Shown: positions 57,259 to 64,000 of the stretch, piece by piece
Layout of the letters: each line of letters starts with the position of its first letter
Numbering within the stretch: the first letter of the stretch is position 1
NCBI GenBank assembly: GCA_002269645.1
Contig: NIVC01003985.1
Coordinates: 2,372 to 66,371, forward strand
From: Macrostomum lignano
Lineage: Eukaryota
Reading direction: 5' to 3'
Length of the DNA stretch: 64,000 bases
The notes under the pieces: model-generated
Database searches by the model: none
What the model was told of the DNA's origin: nothing
The model's input: the letters and a program-made list of their open reading frames with translations, nothing else
Translations under genes and position numbers: made by a program

Positions 57259-58944
57259 ATGATTATCTTCTGCAAGATTTTCAGTCTGCTTTGGTTGGTC
57301 GTATTGAGTTTTGCAATCAAAAGTTGTGTCGCTGGTAGCGTCACCATCGTGGCTGTGCAACATCCAGGCGAACTATCGATTCCAAATTGCTACTCAAGCA
57401 CTGAGCACTGCTCCAGTTATCAGGACTGCTGCGATCAAGATCGAAAAGTTCAACCGAGCAACGCTGGAATAACTTGTGAGGGCGTGTTCTTCTGTACCAA
57501 TGGTACGTGTGACAGGTTGGGAGGTCGGTACTCTGTCTACATGGTGACAGCATGTCCAATTGGAAGCAATTCCAGCTCTGAGTGGCACTCACGATGTCAG
57601 TCCGCACACGAACCGGTTGCCAGTGATCGAATGGCGCTGCCTGTTTACTCAAACCGCACGGGCTTGCTTTACCGCAGTGCCTACTGCGGTCTGTGCCACG
57701 GAGAGGCCGCTGCGTCAACAACTGCCCAGGTCGCTGTGTTCTGCAACGATTCCACCGCTACAGCCTCAAACTGCCAGTCCGTAGCTGTTATTGCAGCCCA
57801 TCAAACACACGCGTGCTATCCGGACTTGGCTGATGTCACCGTGTGCAATGGCGCCTACCCGTCGCTAACCGACTCCTGCGAACGGGTGCCAACTAATTAC
57901 GAGGTGTGCGAAGGCAGGGCCTACAGGAATTCCTACTGCCGCATGTGCCAGCTGGGCTGGTACACCCCGCAGTGCCAGCGCACCGACTATCCGTTGTGGC
58001 AGCTTCGAGACAGTCTTGACCACGGCCTATTGGGCGTCTACGTCGGTTTTCGCAATTTAGCCGCCAACCTACCGGGTAGGGATTTTGGTCGACCAGGCAA
58101 CAGAACGACGTCTGACAATTGGAGGCTGTCAGTAAGCGTCTGCGCGACTCACGCAGCCTCCATCGTGGCACTGTTAGTTCTCATCGCAGTGTACTTTAGC
58201 GTTCGGAGTCTGCGCAACCGGCCAGGTCTGTGCCTGTGCTGCCATTCGACCTGCGTTCTCATCTGGGAGGCTCTGGCCGTTACCATGCGATTGACAAAGC
58301 CAACAGAGACAGCCTGTCTCAGCCTCCTGTTGCTGAGCTACTTCAGCCTGATCTCCACCTTCTCCTGGGCCGCCGTGTTTGGCTGCGACCTGCTGCGCAG
58401 TTTGGTCTCAAACCTTCCAGCTCCTGGCCGTCTGTCGAAGCGGCTGATGCTGATGGTCTGGCTGGCACCGGCCGGTCTCACCGCCTGCGCTGGATGCCTG
58501 CACGTTCGACTGGGTCTGTTTGACTTGGCAGTTTGCCAGTTCGCTCCCTGTCACAAGTGGCTGATGCTGCTTCTGTCTCTGGCGCCGCTGGCAGCGGTTC
58601 TGTTTGTCAACCTGGCAGTGGCGGCTGCGGTCTGCATCGTGCTGCATCGTCGGGCCAGCAACGCACAGCAGCTGTTGACAATGTCTACAGCGCGCAGACA
58701 TGTTGGCGCAACTGTGCGAGTGTCGGTGGCCGCGGGCGCTGCCTGGATGCCGCAGTTCATCTTGGCCAACCTCGCCGAGTCGGCTGCCATCAATCATCGA
58801 GCCGCTTCAGCGGTCGGCGAGCATCTGGCAGCCCTGCATGGCGTTCTGCTGGCCGTCTGCTTCGGGTGTGCCAGTCATCGAGTGCGTCAGCTGATGGTGA
58901 GGCAGCCGAGGCAGCGGCCGCAAGCACCAAGCGCCGTCGTCTGA
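57259..58944 (+). CDS. Intronless class-B/Methuselah-like GPCR with a Cys-rich (somatomedin-B-like) ectodomain, 561 aa
   Basis: Signal peptide; CSSYQDCCD; VYMVTACP..PV...GLLYRSAYCGLCH and YRNSYCRMC Cys modules; seven hydrophobic segments; LRNRPG after TM1; FSWAAVFGCDL in TM3; LHGVLLAVCF in TM7. Confidence 0.8.
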   Translation: MIIFCKIFSLLWLVVLSFAIKSCVAGSVTIVAVQHPGELSIPNCYSSTEHCSSYQDCCDQDRKVQPSNAGITCEGVFFCTNGTCDRLGGRYSVYMVTACPIGSNSSSEWHSRCQSAHEPVASDRMALPVYSNRTGLLYRSAYCGLCHGEAAASTTAQVAVFCNDSTATASNCQSVAVIAAHQTHACYPDLADVTVCNGAYPSLTDSCERVPTNYEVCEGRAYRNSYCRMCQLGWYTPQCQRTDYPLWQLRDSLDHGLLGVYVGFRNLAANLPGRDFGRPGNRTTSDNWRLSVSVCATHAASIVALLVLIAVYFSVRSLRNRPGLCLCCHSTCVLIWEALAVTMRLTKPTETACLSLLLLSYFSLISTFSWAAVFGCDLLRSLVSNLPAPGRLSKRLMLMVWLAPAGLTACAGCLHVRLGLFDLAVCQFAPCHKWLMLLLSLAPLAAVLFVNLAVAAAVCIVLHRRASNAQQLLTMSTARRHVGATVRVSVAAGAAWMPQFILANLAESAAINHRAASAVGEHLAALHGVLLAVCFGCASHRVRQLMVRQPRQRPQAPSAVV

Positions 58945-59119
58945 AGAAGAACCTAAGTGTATACTAAGTGTAACCTCAAGTCTTGGAATCGCGACAAGTA
59001 CTCGTAAACGTAATGAGGACCCAAAAGCTTAAGAGTGTTATCTAGAACTTATTCTTGCGCTTATTGATTTTTTTTTTGGGTAAAATTTATGTAAGGGTGC
59101 TATTTACCAACACTCTTTC

Positions 59120-59123
59120 TCTT

Positions 59124-59158
<35 letters not shown>
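59120..59158. repeat. (CT)n microsatellite
   Basis: Direct reading. Confidence 0.9.
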
Positions 59159-59160
<2 letters not shown>

Positions 59161-60299
59161 CTTTCTCTAATTTTTGCACTGATAAAGATTTTAATTTTCA
59201 AAATAACAACACTTCTTAGCTTTTTTGTCTCGAAATCTCAAGAGAAAATCTTGATTTTACTTTCACAATTATATGCGAAGAAGAAACCCTCGATTTCTGG
59301 CAAGAAAAGTTCTTTTTTCATGCCGCCCAATAGTTTGCTTCTTCCACGCTAAGTGAATAACAGAAATGAGTGAATAGCAAATTAGAGACAGCAAATTGTA
59401 AACATTGTCAATAGTACAAGTGGCATCGTTTTTATTGTTAAAATACAAGAACGTTGTCTATAGGAACTATAGCTGTTTAGATAGCTAAGTAGAACTTGAG
59501 TAAAAACTGTGAATGCTAAAAACAACTTGTGTTTATAAAATGACTGAAGCGAGGTTTCGGAAATACAAAAAATCGATTAGTGCTTACAAGTATGAGTATA
59601 AGTAGCTAGAGCAAATTTGCTTTAAAATATTGTGGAGCGGATTCAATCGAAAAGCAACAACCAATAGCTAAGATTAATTCATTACGAGTATAAATCGTAC
59701 GATTAGCAAAGTCAAGAGTCAAGACTTTTCCCCTATTTAGCGAAAGCAGCGGAAAAGTTATAGGGAGCAAAAATATCCACTTACAAAAACAGGGAAAAGT
59801 TTCTTGTTACTTGTAGTAACTTGCAGTTACTTGTAGTAAGCTACATAAACACAGCAATTAAGAAAAGTTTATCGCATTCTACCAGTAGATACACTAATAC
59901 ATTTAATTGAAATATAATTAGTGTAGTTCATAATAAAACAAATTTAGCTTTACGAAGTCAAATTTTCAACTTTCATTCAACATTCATGATTTCATTTCAA
60001 TCGAAATTAACGAATCAACTTAGTCTAGTGTTCGGTTTGTTCTTTTTGACTCATTTAATTATTTAGCTAGCTATTGCTTATTATTCGTCAAAACGTAGGA
60101 AAGCTTGCCTTTTAAAATGTCGTTTTTAAGTGCTTTTCAAGAGGAAAAAAGTTGTAAAACTCGAAATTAGTCAGGGAACTAAAGGATTTCAGACCTACCT
60201 AAAATCGATTGAAAGTTTGAATTATACTTGAACAATAAAATCATACTAGCATGTGTATGGCAAAATAATCCAGAAAGTCCTTGATTTTTAGTGTTGAGC

Positions 60300-63172
60300 T
60301 CATCCGAATCCCAAAGTGCACGAGAATACTTTTTTAACATAGGCAAGCGACAACGAAGTCTGCTTAGCAAAAACTTCGAAGATACCATTGATTTGCTTCG
60401 CCATTGTTTGGGCGCTGGAGACAACAGTGCAATAGCATTTCTGCACATTTGATTTAACCTGCTCCACTAGTCCGCCGACGAGAACAGCGAAGTCGAACTG
60501 ATTCAGATATCTAAGAAGAGCGGGCAAAACATTTACACTGACGCTTGTGCATAGTGTCCTAGTAGATGATGCACCAATGCAGAACCTCCAGGCAACTAAT
60601 TGCGATACGGAAGAAATCAACAGCTTAAACCACTCCGTTTTGGAAGTATTCTTACTTGATGCCAAACGATACGTATCGAAGAGAATCAGAGCTACTACGA
60701 TAGCAAGGCCAATCTGATCGACAGTAGAAAGGCTAGAAAACTTTTTCATCAACGACTCAACAACTTTAGAGTTTTGTCCAGTCAAGCCAGACAACTGTTC
60801 CAAAAGCGGCTTAATATGCGATGCAACAACTTCATGCAAGCCAGGCAACTGTTCCAAAAGCGGCTTAATAGGCGATGCAACAGCTTCATGCAAGCGTGAC
60901 AACTGTTCTGAAAGCGGCTTAAAATGCGATGCAACAGCTTCATGCAAGCCAGGCAACTGTTCCAAAAGCGGCTTAATAGGCGATGCAACAACTTCATGCA
61001 AGCCAGACAACTGTTCTGAAAGCGGCTTAATAGGCGATGCAACAACTTCATGCAAGCGTGACAACTGTTCCAAAAGCGGCTTAATAGGCGATGCAACAAC
61101 TTCATGCAAGCCAGACAACTGTTCCGAAAGCGGCTTAATAGGCGATGCAACAACTTCATGCAAGCCAGACAACTGTTCCAAAAGCGGCTTAATAGGCGAT
61201 GCAACAACTTCATGCAAGCGTGACAACTGTTCCAAAAGCGGCTTAATAGGCGATGCAACAACTTCATGCAAGCGTGACAACTGTTCCAAAAGCGGCTTAA
61301 TAGGCGATGCAACAACTTCATGCAAGCCAGACAACTGTTCCAAAAGCGGCTTAATAGGCGATGCAACAACTTCATGCAAGCCAGACAACTGTTCCAAAAG
61401 CGGCTTAATAGGCGATGCAACAACTTCATGCACCAACTGCTGTGTGGACCGTTGATATTGACTGGTAGCGTGTTTGACAATGTTGTTAAACGAAACACAG
61501 ACTTTAGTTAATTCTCGTCGCAAAAGCAATTCCGCAAGTTTAAAAAATAATTTGTGATTGTCCAACAAATATTCAAGACCCATATGAAACTTTATTGACT
61601 GAATCGATTTCAAAGCTTGAGTCGATCTATGTTTAATCGTCTCTGCAATGCTGGCAGTACATTTCAAAAGTGCGGGAGCAACTTTAGCTAATTGAAAACT
61701 CCAGAATTCGATTTGCGGACTCCTTGGTTCACCGTAAATTAAATAATAAACAAAGTTCTCGCAGTTGTTTGTACAAAGACAGTAATTTGTTTCTCCTTCC
61801 CGAGCTTTGAACCTTTCATCAACTTCACTCGGGTTGATCGGATTTTTGTGCTCAACCTTCATTAGCTGATTTGGGCCACTCACTCGAAGGAACACCTTTA
61901 CCTTATTGACTCTCGGCGATGCACATTCTGCTGGGTTCTCAAACGTAACGCCAACTCCTTTCCGAGAGTCGCTGTCCCACTCGGTCAGTACAAAATGGAC
62001 TTTAGAAGTTTCACCTTTCACGCCTGTTCGCTCAAGGATGATGTGATCGTATCTCTTTAGATTGCGAATTTCTTCCATACATATACATGTATTTTCAACC
62101 TTTTGCTGATTTTGCTTGATCTCACCAGGACTGGTTGGGAATAGACAAGCGACATTTTCAAGTTCCTGGTCACTAATTGCATTAGTCTTCAGAAAATAGC
62201 AGAAGTCGGAGCTCTGTACCTTAAACTTGCTGTCGTCTAAGAATGAAGCTAGCGAACCATTTACGTCGGCATTGGCTTCTAGAAATGTATAGCCCAACAA
62301 CGTTTCGACTGAGGAGTCTATTGGGTTTTCGCAAGTCTGTTCTGTGTCCGACAACGTTTCGACTGAGGAGTCTATTGGGTTTTCGCAAGTCTGTTCTGTG
62401 TCCGACAACGTTTCGACTGAGGAGTCTATTGGGTTTTCGCAATTCGTTCCTGGTACTCCACTCTCTGAACTTTTTCACGGGCGGAAAGATCCAATGACTC
62501 TTTTCTCACTGTCTTATGCTGGTGATTGTACTCGTAAATTGTAGCCTGCAGGATATCACTTCTTTTAGATAGAACGCGGCTGTCTCGAAGAAACGCTTCG
62601 TGATAGTATGGTAGTATTTTCAGAAACGATATGTGACAAGGACAGGCGTCGTTCAGTTCTTTCGCAGAACGTATCGCAACTCGATTGCTGGCATCCTGGC
62701 ATTTGGGCGGGAATGTTGCGTGACATTATTCAGAAGAAAAAATTATAGTTTTCGATAACATAAAAAACTCTGTTTTTACACTAAAATGCACATAAAATGT
62801 TTATAGTGCATTGCAGGGTTAATGAATTGATTCTTGATGACTTGAAAGCGCAATAGCTAGAAAGTTCTGGATTATCTTTGGTGTTACGAGCGACTTAAAA
62901 AGAAATACAGTTCAACTGCCTACACTGATTCTTGTGAGTTTCCACGCGTCATCACCTTGAAACAGATCGACGATAAAATTTCGAGAAATATCTGAAATAA
63001 GCTTGAATTTAGCCCCACTTGTAAGAGTTTAAAGTGGGGCATTTGCAGCAAATTGTCTTTTTTTCGAGTCGCCTGTTATATTCTATAAAATATAGTTTAA
63101 AAAAATGAAAATAAGCATTGCAATAGTCTTCTGAAAAGCAATTCAAAATAGCATTCCTAGATAACTCACCAT
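60300..63172 (-). CDS. LRAT/PLAAT (HRASLS, permuted NlpC/P60-like) protein: two tandem LRAT-like domains, 12 x 18-aa repeats, C-terminal hydrophobic segments. Model: ATG 63172-63170, intron, exon 62695-60300, with a 1-nt frameshift at 62445/62446
   Basis: KRYDHIILER..KVHFVL..NYCLCTNNCENFVYYLIYGEPRSPQI matches the PLAAT pattern (Y.L...NCEHFV..LRYG...S.Q). The upstream frame (62695-62446) encodes PYYHEAFL..VRKESLDL..KVQRVEY. ATG|GTGAGT donor. The upstream model is less certain than the 60300-62408 ORF. Confidence 0.72.
60781..61428 (-). repeat. Coding 54-bp tandem repeat, 12 units (HEVVASPIKPLLEQLSGL)
   Basis: 54-nt period (TTAATA at 61081 and 61135); 12 units counted in the translation. Confidence 0.95.
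62297..62450 (-). repeat. Coding 54-bp tandem repeat, about 2.8 units (SDTEQTCENPIDSSVETL)
   Basis: ACAACGTTTC at 62297, 62351 and 62405. The outermost copy lacks one base relative to the others. Confidence 0.92.
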
Positions 63173-64000
63173 GTTTGCACAGCACCTGACACCATGGGGC
63201 TGTTTTTCAGCGTCTTCAAATGCTCGAAATTGCTTTTTATTAGCTATTTCAAGTCTTTTCGAATTGTAAAGCTACTCGTAGTTGAATTTGTTCGCCTAAT
63301 GCTAAGTGGATGCTAGCTAGCCGTCTAGAGGCACTACTCTAGTAAAGCATCTTATAGACTGTCAGATATTGTGTTTGCTTTGGTTTCTCAGCCTTGGAAA
63401 CCGCAAAAAAACAGTCTGCGCTGCTATTTTGCCCGGGGCAGTAGGCAGAATTGTTGATGAGAGCGTAAAATTGCTGCATATCAAAATACAAGCTATTGTA
63501 CAGCTGTGATGGCGTAGAATTCAACTCTGTACAACAATTTAGAAACAGTCTGCATATTTGCTAGACCTTCTCATTAGGGGCGCACTCGGGGGGGGGGGGC
63601 AGCCTCTTCGTTGCGCTGGGCCCTGAAGATTTTTTATGCGAGGCTTGGGTGCGGAGAGGAGCCAAAAATTCCGTTGCCTATTTTTGTTTTTCTTGTTCAT
63701 TTGTTATCAACGTCAAACCACTGGCCCACCCCCCTTAAGAAATTTCTGGGTGCGCCACTGATTCAAATTCACTGTGTAGGCCAAGTACTCTTCTGGCACA
63801 AGTAAAGTCACTTTTCAGTCTCATATTAGGGGCATTTGTTTAAGGACTGTGCAAAACTGCTTATAGACAAGCACTACACTGCTAAGGAGCCACCCAGAGG
63901 GGGGGGGCAAAATGGCTACCATATACTAAAATGAGTTTTCGGCATCTATGTGATCGATTTCAGAACAAAAATGGCTCAACCGATTTTCTTCAAACTTGCA

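Noticed and set aside
60782-61498. 238-aa Cys-rich alternative-frame ORF
   Set aside because: Alternative frame of the 54-bp coding repeat; the LRAT-bearing frame extends on both sides.
63578-63759. Small element ending GTGCGCCACTG, whose reverse complement CAGTGGCGCAC equals the core of the 20-bp satellite
   Set aside because: The 11-nt match and imperfect left terminus without a clear TSD are too weak to claim that the satellite derives from this terminus.

Overview
AT-rich eukaryotic (metazoan) genomic DNA, dense in repeats. GT-AG introns, the RTE-LINE fragments and the minisatellite load suggest a free-living flatworm such as Macrostomum; this is inference, not verified. The left third holds four intronless Cys-loop (nAChR-like) channel subunit genes. 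Their ligand-binding domains are divergent and have lost most of the acetylcholine aromatic box, while their TM1-TM3 pore modules are nearly identical even at synonymous sites. The genes are interleaved with minisatellites, MITEs, a 2.2-kb TG..CA element and a decayed Gypsy element carrying a young nested non-autonomous LTR element. The remainder holds a 7-exon ACSL-like gene with a degenerate P-loop, a two-exon gene of unknown function with SIM-like motifs, an intronless ACSF2-like ligase, a cytochrome b561 (CYB561D-like) gene and an intronless Methuselah-like GPCR. It also holds a tandem-LRAT/PLAAT-domain gene with twelve 18-aa amphipathic repeats and an apparent 1-nt frameshift. All alignments were done by eye; no database searches were run.
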